Assembly: GCA_965205655.1 (NCBI GenBank)
Contig: CBDBIJ010000081.1
Coordinates: 1-52,888, forward strand
Direction: 5' to 3'
Length of the DNA stretch: 52,888 nt
From: Candidatus Latescibacterota bacterium
Lineage (GTDB): Bacteria; Latescibacterota; UBA2968; UBA8231
In this document: piece after piece, positions 18,116-28,137 of the stretch
Layout: each line of letters opens with the position of its first letter
Position numbering within the stretch: the first letter of the stretch is position 1
The notes under the pieces: model-generated
Databases searched by the model: none
What the model saw: only the letters and a program-made list of their open reading frames with translations
What the model was told of the DNA's origin: nothing
Position numbers and translations under genes: made by a program

Positions 18116-18793
18116 TTAAGAGCCTGCGAGGTCGAGGTAGGATTGCGCATAGCGCCGGCCAAACTCGCGGAGCGAGGCAGAGTCGAAGTGCACGAAGTCT
18201 CCGCTGTCGGCCAGACCTTGTGAGCTGACAAAGGCACAGGCGGGAAGAGTCTCGGCTAGCTTGTCGAGAGCGCCGTTGACAGTGGCATGTCCGACGAACT
18301 CGTCCTTCAAGGAGCGCACGAGTTCACCGGTGATGAACGGCGCGCTAGCGGCAGACAACTCCTGCCTGAACGCTGAGATCGTCGCGGTCAGGCGCTCTCC
18401 ATAGGACGCCGACAGGCTCTCGTCCCTGGCGTCCGATTCGCCCTGATGCCAGAGGAAGGCGCGAAGCCGGCCTTCGGATAACGCCGGGCGGACGGTGGCG
18501 ATGGCGTTCTCGTACAAGTCGGCGCCGGGTTCCCACCGAGACAGCGGGGTGCCGCCGACGGCACATGGAACGAGACCGACGCCGGTGTCGGGGTCGCGCT
18601 CCACAAGCTCGGCGGCGAAGCTCATGCCGGGGCCGACGCCGGCGCGGGGTCCGTCGTCGTGCAATGGATCGCGGGCCTGCTGCCAAGCGCCATCCCGGAA
18701 CATGAAGATGTTGTGATGCTCGATCGGAGGCACCTCTTCGAGGGCGCCGCGGCCGGCCATGTTCGACTGGCCGATGAGAAGGAAGATATCCAT
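18116..18793 (-). CDS. Sialate O-acetylesterase / CE6-type esterase (SASA domain)
   Basis: LLIGQSNMAG, CAVGGT, WHQGESD, DFVHFD. Confidence 0.9.
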   Translation of the reverse strand: MDIFLLIGQSNMAGRGALEEVPPIEHHNIFMFRDGAWQQARDPLHDDGPRAGVGPGMSFAAELVERDPDTGVGLVPCAVGGTPLSRWEPGADLYENAIATVRPALSEGRLRAFLWHQGESDARDESLSASYGERLTATISAFRQELSAASAPFITGELVRSLKDEFVGHATVNGALDKLAETLPACAFVSSQGLADSGDFVHFDSASLREFGRRYAQSYLDLAGS

Positions 18794-18804
18794 GCGATTG
18801 TCGC

Positions 18805-19317
18805 CTAACTCCTCCAGTGGGTGTTGAGGCCGCCGTCCGTGCCGCCGACGGGATCAGTCGCCGGCAAGGGAACGCGGGCGACCTCGTCGACCGCTTTTTC
18901 GTACTCGGCGTGAGTGTCGCGGCACAAGTCCCAATCGGGTCCCGGCGGATAGGCGCCGATCACCAGTAGGTCGGCGCTGGCACCCAGATTGTAGTGGCTC
19001 ACGCCGGCCGGAATCAGCACAGCGTCTCCTGCGGATACGTCGAGCTCAACACCGTGGGGGCCTCCGAATTCCACCTTCGCCTCGCCGCAGGCGATTCCCA
19101 GCACTTCATGGGCTGTACTGTGGTAGTGCCGGAAGGAGTAGATGCCGTTGCGCCAGGAACGGTCCCAGCCGTTGCCGTGGAACTGACGCTCGAAGGCGCC
19201 TGCCGAATCACCTGCTGCCGGATCGATCGAGTGTTGGTAGACGAGCAGTGGCAATCCGTTGTTCGGGAAGGTGCCGTCATCGGCGAGATGATGGGTTTCG
19301 ATGAGAATGCTGGCCAT
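18805..19317 (-). CDS. Cupin domain protein (YjlB-like)
   Basis: DDGTFPNN.LPLLVY, WRNGIYSFRHYHSTAHEVLG, IPAGVSH, LPATDPV.G. Confidence 0.85.
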   Translation of the reverse strand: MASILIETHHLADDGTFPNNGLPLLVYQHSIDPAAGDSAGAFERQFHGNGWDRSWRNGIYSFRHYHSTAHEVLGIACGEAKVEFGGPHGVELDVSAGDAVLIPAGVSHYNLGASADLLVIGAYPPGPDWDLCRDTHAEYEKAVDEVARVPLPATDPVGGTDGGLNTHWRS

Positions 19318-19450
19318 GGCCGGATGACTGAAAATGTGGTGTCTGCCATGAACGCGCAATTGCGGGAAGCCGGAGGCTGGCACAACTTGTGAGCATCGTG
19401 GTCGTGTGTGTGTCGTAGATGACGCGAGGAATTGGAGGACCGCTGCAGCA

Positions 19451-20923
19451 ATGAGAATCGCAACAGGTGGTATCAATCATGAAACCAGCACCTTCACGCT
19501 CGTGAAAACCGATCTGGATTCATTTCGAGAGCGGGAGTATCTGCACGGTGCGGAGATAACCGAGAGGTTTGCCGGCACGAACACAGCGATCGGCGGTTTC
19601 ATGGAGGGTGCCGCCAAGCACGGATTCGAGATCGTCCCGACTCTTCAAGCTGACGCGTTCCCGAGCGCGCCGGTGTCGCGCGGGGTTTTCGATGGCCTTC
19701 TGGACGAGCTGCTGAGCGGTATCGAGGCATCGAGGGCGAATGGTGTCCTGCTGGATTTGCACGGCTCCATGGTGGTCGACCCACCCGGTTCGGCGGGCCA
19801 TATCGGCGATCCCGAAGGTCACCTCCTGGAGGCCGTCCGCGCTCTCGTCGGCACCGACGTTCCGGTGCTGGCACAGCTGGATATCCATTCCAACGTCTCC
19901 ACACGGATGGTCGAGATGGCGGACGTCCTGATCGGTCGCAAGAGCTATCCGGAGACCGATATGGCCGAGCGCGGCCGCGACTGCGCCGATGTCCTGGCGC
20001 GCATTCTGAAGGAGGGTCTGCGACCGACCATGGCGCTGCATCAGATCCCGATGATGTGGGGCATGAATCAAGTGACCGCCCATTCGCCCATGAAAGAGGC
20101 GATGGCCGAACTGTACAGGATAGAGGCGAAGCCGGGGGTGGTCTGCGGTTCGATCGCAACCTGTTACCCCATGTCCGATGTCCCGGACATGGGGGCTTCC
20201 GTGTACGTGGCGACCGACAATGATCAGCAGCTGGCGCAGGCCTGCGCGGACGAAGTGGGTGAGTGGCTCTACGAGCGACGGGCGGACTGGCACTACGACA
20301 TGCCGACGGCACGGGAAGCGCTGGCTCGGGCCGAAGAAGAGGGGTTGTATCCGGTCGTCTTCGCCGATCGCCACGACAACACGGGCGGCGCCTCACCGGG
20401 CGACAGCACCGGGGTGCTGCGGACATTCATCGAGGCCGAGCTGCAGGACGCCTGCGTACTCTACATGGTCGATCCGGAGGCGATCGCGCAGTGCCACGAG
20501 GCCGGACTCGGCGCAACGTTGACGCTCGATGTCGGGGCTAAGTCGAGTCCGCTCCAGGGAGAGCCGGTGCGCATGACGGTGGAGGTGATGGGGATGTCAC
20601 AGGGAGAGTTCACCTACGACGGCCCGATGTACGAAGGGATGAGCTCTACGATGGGCCCTTCAGCCTACATTCGGCAGGATGGTATCCACGTCATTTTGGC
20701 GACCAAACGCGAGCAGCCGTTCGACACGGCTTTCTCCCGCACGCTCGGTCTGGATCCACGGAAAATGCGCTACATCAGCGTCAAATCGACGGCTCATTTT
20801 CGCGCCGGCTTCGAGCCGTGGGCCGGGGCGATTCACGCAGTCCTCGAACCGAGCCTGCACGCCGCGCGCCACATCAAGTTCGAGCATCTGGGGCGGGAGC
20901 TGTATCCGCTGAATGAGAAGTGA
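19451..20923 (+). CDS. M81 family metallopeptidase (MlrC-like)
   Basis: MRIATGGINHETSTF, LDLHGSM, LDIHSN, DNTGGASPGD, VKSTAHFRAGF. Confidence 0.9.
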   Translation: MRIATGGINHETSTFTLVKTDLDSFREREYLHGAEITERFAGTNTAIGGFMEGAAKHGFEIVPTLQADAFPSAPVSRGVFDGLLDELLSGIEASRANGVLLDLHGSMVVDPPGSAGHIGDPEGHLLEAVRALVGTDVPVLAQLDIHSNVSTRMVEMADVLIGRKSYPETDMAERGRDCADVLARILKEGLRPTMALHQIPMMWGMNQVTAHSPMKEAMAELYRIEAKPGVVCGSIATCYPMSDVPDMGASVYVATDNDQQLAQACADEVGEWLYERRADWHYDMPTAREALARAEEEGLYPVVFADRHDNTGGASPGDSTGVLRTFIEAELQDACVLYMVDPEAIAQCHEAGLGATLTLDVGAKSSPLQGEPVRMTVEVMGMSQGEFTYDGPMYEGMSSTMGPSAYIRQDGIHVILATKREQPFDTAFSRTLGLDPRKMRYISVKSTAHFRAGFEPWAGAIHAVLEPSLHAARHIKFEHLGRELYPLNEK

Positions 20924-20951
20924 GGACTGATTCCGCGCCGGGATGCGCCTT

Positions 20952-22037
20952 TTACAGAACGATCCCGCATTGACAGCCCTGTTCGACGAACTGCATGCGC
21001 GGCACGGTGATCACGACACCATCGCGCTGAGCTCGGATCGTTTCCAGTCGACTCCCATACAGGTCGCGGATCTCGCCGAGCACATCCCCCGTACGGACGC
21101 GGTCCCAGACTTCTACCGTGGGCCGCCAGAGCCCCGCGACCGGCGTCTTGTTGTGGGTGGCCATGTCGCCGGCGCCGTGGCCGGCCGACTCGACTACTGC
21201 GCGCGGCTCTATGGGCTCGTTTTCTCCTGCCAACATGCCCAGGTGTATGATCAGCCGATTCAACCCTCGCTCGTACTCCTCCTCGCCGCCCAGGCTCCAG
21301 GGCGTCTCCCAATAGATCGCGGGGATCTCCGCAAGATACGCGGCATATAGTGCGGTGCGTCCACTGGCGTCGTCGCCCATCGCCGCCACCGCAGCGCAGC
21401 TCGGGTCAAACTCGTGGCCCCAGACGAGAGGAAATCCAGTCGCCAGACACGCCAGGCGCTGGGTTTCCGTCAAATCGGGCGTCTCCGGATTGATGTTGTA
21501 ACCCGAAAGTGTCGCGCCCAGCCGGCGCGGTCCATAGGTGTGAAGCGCCAGCAGGAAGTCGGGCTTATTGGCGCCCGACTGGCCGAGGAAATCGTTCTGC
21601 AAGGTGTAGGCGATGCGCTCGGTGAGGGTGCCGTTTGGGTTGCCGGGATAGCAGCGGGCGAGATTGTGGCCGTCGGCCCGGGCGACGCGGTCGCGGTGCA
21701 GGTAGCTGTCGACGGAACAGCAGTGGACACCGACGACCCGACCTTTCAGGACAGCCGGATCGAGGCCGTCGAGCGTTTCCTGCAGGGCGAAGATGTTCTC
21801 GTACTCGTCGCCGTGCTCGCCGGCAATCAGCAAGAGCAGCGGGCCTTCCTCAGCGCCGGCCACAACCGTGACCGGTAGGCCGCGCTCGCGCGTCAGGGCG
21901 TCGTCTCCGAACACGGGATGCTCATAGCGCGTCGTCCGACCACGAGGGGCTTTGGTCCAGGTGGAGTCGCGAATCTCCGCTGCCGGGTCGAGGTGCCACG
22001 GGTCTCGGGCGCGGACGGTGTCGAGGGTCGATGGCAT
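20952..22037 (-). CDS. Succinylglutamate desuccinylase/aspartoacylase family (M14) protein
   Basis: AGEHGDE, NLARCYPG, LALHT, and a C-terminal biotinyl-like hairpin (GDVLGEIRD). Confidence 0.85.
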   Translation of the reverse strand: MPSTLDTVRARDPWHLDPAAEIRDSTWTKAPRGRTTRYEHPVFGDDALTRERGLPVTVVAGAEEGPLLLLIAGEHGDEYENIFALQETLDGLDPAVLKGRVVGVHCCSVDSYLHRDRVARADGHNLARCYPGNPNGTLTERIAYTLQNDFLGQSGANKPDFLLALHTYGPRRLGATLSGYNINPETPDLTETQRLACLATGFPLVWGHEFDPSCAAVAAMGDDASGRTALYAAYLAEIPAIYWETPWSLGGEEEYERGLNRLIIHLGMLAGENEPIEPRAVVESAGHGAGDMATHNKTPVAGLWRPTVEVWDRVRTGDVLGEIRDLYGSRLETIRAQRDGVVITVPRMQFVEQGCQCGIVL

Positions 22038-22047
22038 GGAAGTCCTC

Positions 22048-22485
22048 TCAGATCATCCCAAGCAGCTGCTCTGCGTGCGCGCCCGCGTCTACCTTGGCGT
22101 AAGCATGAGCGATGTTTCCGTCGGGACCGATGACGTAGGTGATGCGTTTGGCCGCAGTGTCGGTCTCACTTTCAACCGCGCCGTAGGCCAGGCAGATTTT
22201 GCGGTCGGTGTCGCACAGCAGGGGGAAGGTGAACTCGTTGCTGGCGGCAAACTCGGCGTTGGCCTCGGCGTCATCGGTGCTCACTCCGAGGATCTGCACG
22301 TTTTTCAGTTCGTAGTCGTGGATTCGGACACGGAATCCGTTGCCCTCAGCCGTTCACCCTCCGGTGCTGGCCTTGGGATAGAACCACATCACGACGGTCC
22401 GTCCGGAATAATCGCCGAGACGAACGGTGGCGCCGGTGTGGTCCAGCACTTCGAAGTCGGGGGCTCGATCGCCTACCTCAAGCAT
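22048..22485 (-). CDS. bcp: Selenocysteine-containing peroxiredoxin, BCP/PrxQ class (in-frame TGA at 22354-22356)
   Basis: One frame reads MLEVGDRAPDF...WFYPKASTGG-U-TAEGNGFR...ILGVSTD...FPLLCD...AKRITYVIGPDG. The TGA sits at the peroxidatic Cys of PxxxTxxC. GGAGG RBS before the ATG. Confidence 0.92.
22320..22338 (-). promoter_or_regulatory. Candidate bacterial SECIS hairpin
   Basis: Minus strand GGATTC-CGTGTCC-GAATCC starts 15 nt after the UGA, with GU in the apical loop. Confidence 0.75.
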
Positions 22486-22716
22486 GGTTACCTCCGCGGT
22501 GAGTAGTGCGCCTCGGTGAGTCGTTCGGCTCCTACAATAGCAAAAGGTCATCCTGGGCGCGACATGATCGGCGCGGCGATGTCGGGCTCGAGGGCCGGCC
22601 CGCGCTTGAAGTTTATCCGGACCGCGACAACATTACCGGCAACACCACCAGACACTACCATGCCAATCACTCACCCAGGGCGCAGTGGGCAAGAGAAAGA
22701 GGAGATGGATGAAATC

Positions 22717-23040
22717 ATGAAGCGAGTGGGATTTCTGCTGAAGGTCAAGGAGGATGTGATAGAGGAGTACAAGGAACACCATCGCAATGTGTGGCCGGAC
22801 ATGCTGGAGGCACTGAGGCGACGCGGCTGGCACAACTACTCCCTCTTCATGCGCGCGGATGGCTTGATGTTCGGATACTGCGAAGTGGCCGACTCTTTCC
22901 AGGCTTCGCTCGACGGGATGGCGGCCGAAGAGGTAAACCTGAAATGGCAGGAGTTCATGAAGCCATACTTCGAGAGCCTCGAAGGGGGCCGGCCGGATGA
23001 ATCGATGATCGAGCTCGAAGAAGTGTTTCACCTCGACTGA
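22717..23040 (+). CDS. rhaM: L-rhamnose mutarotase family protein
   Basis: EEYKEHHRNVWPDML, GWHNYSLF, WQEFM, LEEVFHLD. Confidence 0.85.
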   Translation: MKRVGFLLKVKEDVIEEYKEHHRNVWPDMLEALRRRGWHNYSLFMRADGLMFGYCEVADSFQASLDGMAAEEVNLKWQEFMKPYFESLEGGRPDESMIELEEVFHLD

Positions 23041-23102
23041 GGGAAGACCGGCGCCCGAGAAGGATTGATAGCGTCCGGAGAAAACATGGCCAATCGAGTC
23101 AG

Positions 23103-24371
23103 ATGAAGGAGGCGGACCGCGATCCATACGGCGCTCTGAGGGTGCCGATTTTTCGGCGCTTCCTCGTCACTTCCTATCTGGTCTCGATCGGCACGGCAGC
23201 CCAGGGGCTGGCAATCGGTTGGGAGATGTACGACCGCACCGGGCAGGCCTTGGCGCTCGGCATGGTCGGCCTGGTCCAGGCAGTGCCGATGCTGCTGTTC
23301 ACCTTGCCCGCAGGCTACCTTGCCGATGTCCTCGACCGCCGCAAGCTGATGATGGCCAGCCTCGCAGGCGCCACGCTGTCTTCAATCGGCCTGGCTGTCT
23401 GCAGCTGGTATCAGGTCCCTGTCGCCTGGATGTACGTCATGCTCTTTGCCGACTCGACCTTCCTGCGCATGGGCTGGCCGGCGCGCACGGCCGTCACGCC
23501 CTTGCTGGTGTCGCCCGAACTGTTCGAGAACGCGATCAAGTGGCGCACGACCTTTTTTCAGATCGCCGGTATCGCCGGGCCCGCCATCGGCGGCTTCCTC
23601 ATCGCCAGCAACATCCAGCTCGCCTACGTCTTCAGCGCCCTGACGTCGGTCGTGTTCATCATCTTCCTGTCGACGATGAGACTCCCGGCGGCTCCGCGCA
23701 GCCAGCGGGGCGACATGCTGGGGCAAATGGTGGAAGGGGTGCGATACGTCTGGAACCAGAAACTCGTGCTCGGTGCAACGTCTCTCGATCTGTTCGCCGT
23801 TCTGCTCGGCGGCGCCGTCTATCTGCTGCCGATCTTCGCTCGCGATATCATCGATCTGACCGGCGTCGGTCTCGAGCCCGAAGCGGCCCTCGGATGGCTG
23901 CGCGCAGCTCCCGCAGTCGGCGCCCTGATCACGGCCCTGCTGATGGCCCACCTGCCACCCATCCAGCGCACGGGAAGAACACTTTTCTGGGCCGTCGCCG
24001 GCTTCGGCGCGGCAACCATCGGCTTCGGTCTCTCCGGGAATTTCTGAATATCGCTGCTGTTGCTCGCCCTCACCGGCGCCTTCGACAACGTCAGCATCGT
24101 GATACGCCACGTCGTGATGCAGATGTGCACACCGAACGAGATGCGGGGGCGGGTCAACGCCGTCAGCGCCATATTCATCGGCTCGTCGAACGAACTCGGG
24201 GGCTTCGAGTCCGGAGCGGTGGCGCAGTTGTTCACGCCGGTGATTTCGGTGGTCAGCGGCGGCATCGGCACGCTGGCGGTGGTCGCCGCGTGGACGGGGC
24301 TGTTCCCGGCTCTCAGAAATCTCGGATCGCTGTCGTCGCTGGCGGCGCAGCGCCCTGCGGCGCCGGATTAA
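23103..24371 (+). CDS. MFS transporter (EntS/MFS_3-like), interrupted by in-frame TGA at 24045-24047
   Basis: AGYLADVLDRRKLM, SLDLFAVLLGGA, MRGRVNAVSAIFIGSSNELGGFESG. Both ORFs are in the same frame. Confidence 0.87.
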
Positions 24372-25462
24372 GCTTCGAGCCGCCACATCTCCAGCGGGTG
24401 GCGGCGCTCTTCGAGCGGCAGGTCGACGCGGCGCCCGTCCCGCCGATGGGACTCGTAGATTCCCAGAATCATCTCGAAGGCCGAACGTCCCTCGGCGCCG
24501 CTGCCGGGAGGTTCCAACCCCTCGGCGTGAGCCCGCATCAGCTCGCGGTACATGGTGGCGATGGCATTCTGGTCGCCGGCGGATCCGAGATCTACGGTCT
24601 GCCAGTCGCCGTAGTCGGCCGGGGTCCCTTCCATGGGACGCGGAAGATGCCAGAGGTGATGATCCGTTTTAGAAATCCGCGTCGCCAATTGGCCATCGGT
24701 TCCGAGAACGTCGATGCCATAGTTTCGGTTGTTGCCGGGTTCGTAGTCGATGAACTGGACTTCGCCCAGGATTCCCCCCGGGAATCCGTAGTGTGCGATG
24801 GCGCGCGACCCCATGACCGGTCCCGAGTCGCGGTCCAGCGGCGACATCTCCTTCGCCTCTATGATGTCGGCGGCAGTCGCCCGGCGTCCCTCGTAGTAGA
24901 CGGTGCCGGCACACCAGTCCGCCGTGCCCCCGAAACACCGCATCATGTCCGTCACGTGGGTGCCCATTTCCGTGAACTCGTTGCCGCTCTTGCGGCCGGC
25001 CTTGTTGCGCCCACGGATCATGACCACGTCGCCGATCGCACCCTGTTGAATCATCTCCTGCGCCCTGAGAATGCTCGGGTGGAGGTGGTTCTGCTGATTT
25101 ATCGCCAGTTTGGCGCCCGACTTGTCGGCGGCGGCCACCATGTCGTCTGCCTCTGCGAGGTCGATGGATATCGGCTTTTCGCACAATACCGAGATGCCCC
25201 GCTCGAGCGCGGCGACGGCCGGCGCGTGATGTCCCCTCGTCTGTGTGGCCACGACCACGAGGTCGAGCTCTTCACGATCGTAGATTTCTTCGAAGCTCTG
25301 GTAACGGACCTGCAGGTCGAACTCCTCCTTGATCTTTGTGGCGGCCTCGGCGGAAGGGTCGCACAAGGCGGCGACCTCGAACTCGGGGAGGTGCTCGCGG
25401 ATGACGTTGAGGTGTGAGCGCCCCATGCCGCCGCAGCCAACCAGGCCAATCTTGTATGCCAC
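24368..25462 (-). CDS. Gfo/Idh/MocA oxidoreductase
   Basis: GLVGCGGMG, LCEKP, EMGTHVTD. Confidence 0.9.
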   Translation of the reverse strand: MAYKIGLVGCGGMGRSHLNVIREHLPEFEVAALCDPSAEAATKIKEEFDLQVRYQSFEEIYDREELDLVVVATQTRGHHAPAVAALERGISVLCEKPISIDLAEADDMVAAADKSGAKLAINQQNHLHPSILRAQEMIQQGAIGDVVMIRGRNKAGRKSGNEFTEMGTHVTDMMRCFGGTADWCAGTVYYEGRRATAADIIEAKEMSPLDRDSGPVMGSRAIAHYGFPGGILGEVQFIDYEPGNNRNYGIDVLGTDGQLATRISKTDHHLWHLPRPMEGTPADYGDWQTVDLGSAGDQNAIATMYRELMRAHAEGLEPPGSGAEGRSAFEMILGIYESHRRDGRRVDLPLEERRHPLEMWRLEA

Positions 25463-25633
25463 AGATACGTCTCCTTGTGCTCGGGGGATGAATTCCCGAA
25501 CGTGTCCGGCTAGTATTCGGTACTAGAGGTCCAAATGTACGCAATGGGGCGCGGGGCGACCGTCCAGGGTGCCGTCTCCGCCGGACTGTTGGATCCCTGA
25601 CGCGGTCCCGCGACACTCCGAAAGAGAGATATC

Positions 25634-26419
25634 ATGTCCAATCCACATTCGCTCCACGGAATGAAAGCATTCGTCACCGGCGGCAAGCGCCACATCGGTC
25701 GCGGAATCGCGCTGGCCCTGGCCGAAGCCGGCGCCGACGTGGGCATCAACGATCTGGAGGCCGACGACGATGTCGAGGAAACACTGCGACTGATTCGCGA
25801 GATGGAAAGGGAGGCCGAGTTCTTTCAGGGTGATATCTCCGACAGCGCTCAGGTGCAAGAGATGTTCGCGGCGTTTGTGGCGCACTTCGGCCGCGTCGAC
25901 ATACTGTGCAACAACCCCTACGGCGGTACGGCTTCGGCCTTCCTGGAGACGACCGAGGAGAATTGGGACGCGAATCTGGACGTCGGGCTGAAGGGGTTCT
26001 TCCTATGCAGTCAACAGGCGGCTCGAGCCATGGTGGAGCAGGGGGAAGGGGGCTGCATCGTCAGCACGTCGTCCGTCCACGGCAAGCGAGCCTGGAACAC
26101 GGATACCGCCTATGGGACGGCCAAGGCCGGAATCATCCGCATGACCGAGAGCATGGCGATAGAGCTAGGAGGGCACGGCATCCGCTGTAACGCCATACTC
26201 CCCGGACACATGAATGTGAAGCACGTCTTCAATACGGCCGCACCCGAGTGCGGCAATATCGACGAGGGGTTGCGCGAGGCGGTGCCCCTACGGCGGCGGG
26301 GTACGCCCGAAGACATCGGTAGGGCAGTGGCCTTCCTGTGCTCGCCGGCGGCGGGCTGCATCACCGGAGTCTCACTGCCAGTAGACGGGGGGCTGTTGCT
26401 CTACGGTGTGGGGCCCTGA
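25634..26419 (+). CDS. SDR family oxidoreductase
   Basis: VTGGKRHIGRG, YGTAK (YxxxK), GIRCNAILPG, ITGVSLPVDGG. Confidence 0.92.
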   Translation: MSNPHSLHGMKAFVTGGKRHIGRGIALALAEAGADVGINDLEADDDVEETLRLIREMEREAEFFQGDISDSAQVQEMFAAFVAHFGRVDILCNNPYGGTASAFLETTEENWDANLDVGLKGFFLCSQQAARAMVEQGEGGCIVSTSSVHGKRAWNTDTAYGTAKAGIIRMTESMAIELGGHGIRCNAILPGHMNVKHVFNTAAPECGNIDEGLREAVPLRRRGTPEDIGRAVAFLCSPAAGCITGVSLPVDGGLLLYGVGP

Positions 26420-26428
26420 CGAATCGCC

Positions 26429-27577
26429 ATGGACGCGCCCAGCTACCTGAAGCGCTGTCTCCGCACGCGCGAGGAGATCGAGGCCTTCCTGAAGGAGGAC
26501 TACGACGACCGGTACGATACCACCGGGCTCGGCTGGACCTACGACGCCGACTGCGGCTGGATCCTCGTCGACTCCGTGAGGCCCGACGGTATCGACAACT
26601 CGAACACCTTCTATCACTACGAACCGCACGGCTGCCGCAAGCGCGTCAATTTCGCCGACATGGAAGCGCGCATACATACCTACGGTGACAGCTTTACCCA
26701 CTGTGACCAGGTCAGCGACGGCGAGACCTGGCAGGAGTACCTGGCCGCCCACCTGCAGGAGCCGGTCGAGAACTACGGCATCGGCGGCTACAGCGTCTAC
26801 CAGGCCTACTGCCGCATGCTCAAGATCGAGGCCGAGCACCCGGCCGAGTACATCATCCTCAACATTTACGACGACGACCACTTCCGCAATCTCGACCGCT
26901 GGCGCACGATCCGGTGGGGCGGCAAGACGCGATGCGGCTATACTCTCCCTTACCTGACGGTGGATCTCGCCGCTGACAGCGTCGAAGAGAGGGACAACAT
27001 CTGCACGCACCCCGAGGAGGTGTACCGTCTTTCCGATCTGGATTGGGTCATGGATACGTTCGCCGACGATCCCGTCCTGAAGATCGCGCTGGCGTTGCTG
27101 GCCGAGTCAGACGAGACGATCGCTCCCAGCGAGGTGCCGACCAGCTTCGGGTTGCCTGTCGGCAGCGGCGCCGAGGATCTGAAGGCGACCCACACCAGAG
27201 CGGCTTTGAGGGCGACGCGACACGTCCTCGAAAGGACGGAGGAATTCGTCGAGCGGACCTCCCGCAAGCTGCTCGTCGTTCTGTCATTCCATGCAGAGAT
27301 GATCAGGGCGACGCTGATGGGCGAAGACGACTGGGATAGGGATCTGCTGAACTTTCTCGAAACGCGAAACTATCCCTACGTCGATTTGCGCGATTTACAC
27401 CGGGAAGAGTTCGCCAGTTTCAACGGCGATGTAGAGAGCTACATCGGGCGCTACTACAACGGCCACTATGCGCCTCATGGCAACTACTTCTGCGCCACAG
27501 CGCTGAAAAACGCCGTCGTCGACTGGCTCGATCCGAAACCAATACCGTACCTGCGGTTCGAGGAGGTCGTCGCGTGA
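26429..27577 (+). CDS. Hypothetical SGNH-like hydrolase
   Basis: YGDSFT, NYGIGGYS and a C-terminal GHYAPHGN. Confidence 0.65.
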   Translation: MDAPSYLKRCLRTREEIEAFLKEDYDDRYDTTGLGWTYDADCGWILVDSVRPDGIDNSNTFYHYEPHGCRKRVNFADMEARIHTYGDSFTHCDQVSDGETWQEYLAAHLQEPVENYGIGGYSVYQAYCRMLKIEAEHPAEYIILNIYDDDHFRNLDRWRTIRWGGKTRCGYTLPYLTVDLAADSVEERDNICTHPEEVYRLSDLDWVMDTFADDPVLKIALALLAESDETIAPSEVPTSFGLPVGSGAEDLKATHTRAALRATRHVLERTEEFVERTSRKLLVVLSFHAEMIRATLMGEDDWDRDLLNFLETRNYPYVDLRDLHREEFASFNGDVESYIGRYYNGHYAPHGNYFCATALKNAVVDWLDPKPIPYLRFEEVVA

Positions 27578-27681
27578 TAATCAGTCGTAGATACTGCGCA
27601 TCTGCCAGGCGTCCAAAGAGCGCAGGGTCGCGTCGTTTCCGACCGCACGAACCGACACGCCCGCACTTTCCGACGGCCGCT

Positions 27682-28090
27682 CCCGCCTTGGTGCCGTGGT
27701 ACATGGCAATAACGCGGTCGTCCTCAACGTAAGCGCTGCCGCTGAGACCTTGTCCTCGGGGTTGGGGTAAATCGCTAACGGCAGATCCTTCCACTGCACG
27801 AGGTCGTCACTGCAGGCGTGGCCCCAGTGTTGACGCGTATCTTCCAGGGGATAAGCCTGGTAGAAGAGATGGTAGCGCCCCTGCCAGAAGCAGAAGCCGT
27901 TCGGGTCGTTGAGGGTGCCTTCCGGACTGACGTAGTGATAGATGGGGCGGTACGGATCGGCAGCCAGCTTCCGGCGCGAGGCCTCGAAGCGCTGCAACAG
28001 CTCATCGCCCTTCAGCTGCTCGAGCTGCTCACTGAGCGTCGTCGCGTAGGTCCGTTGTGGAACTTTGGAGGTGCGGTCCATGTCTGTCAT
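27682..28090 (-). pseudogene. Truncated GH32 (beta-fructofuranosidase) N-terminal fragment
   Basis: YRPIYHY, LNDPNG, YHLFYQ, HWGHACSDDLVQW, then a frameshifted SGSA..IAMYHG. Similarity ends before the RDP and EC motifs. Confidence 0.8.
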
Positions 28091-28137
28091 TCCGTTGGTG
28101 TGGGTCACGTTGTTGGTAGGAAAGGAAACTAAGGAAC

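Noticed and set aside
19451..20923. Microcystin degradation (mlr) cluster
   Set aside because: Only an M81-family gene is present. There is no mlrA, mlrB or mlrD, and the family is widespread.
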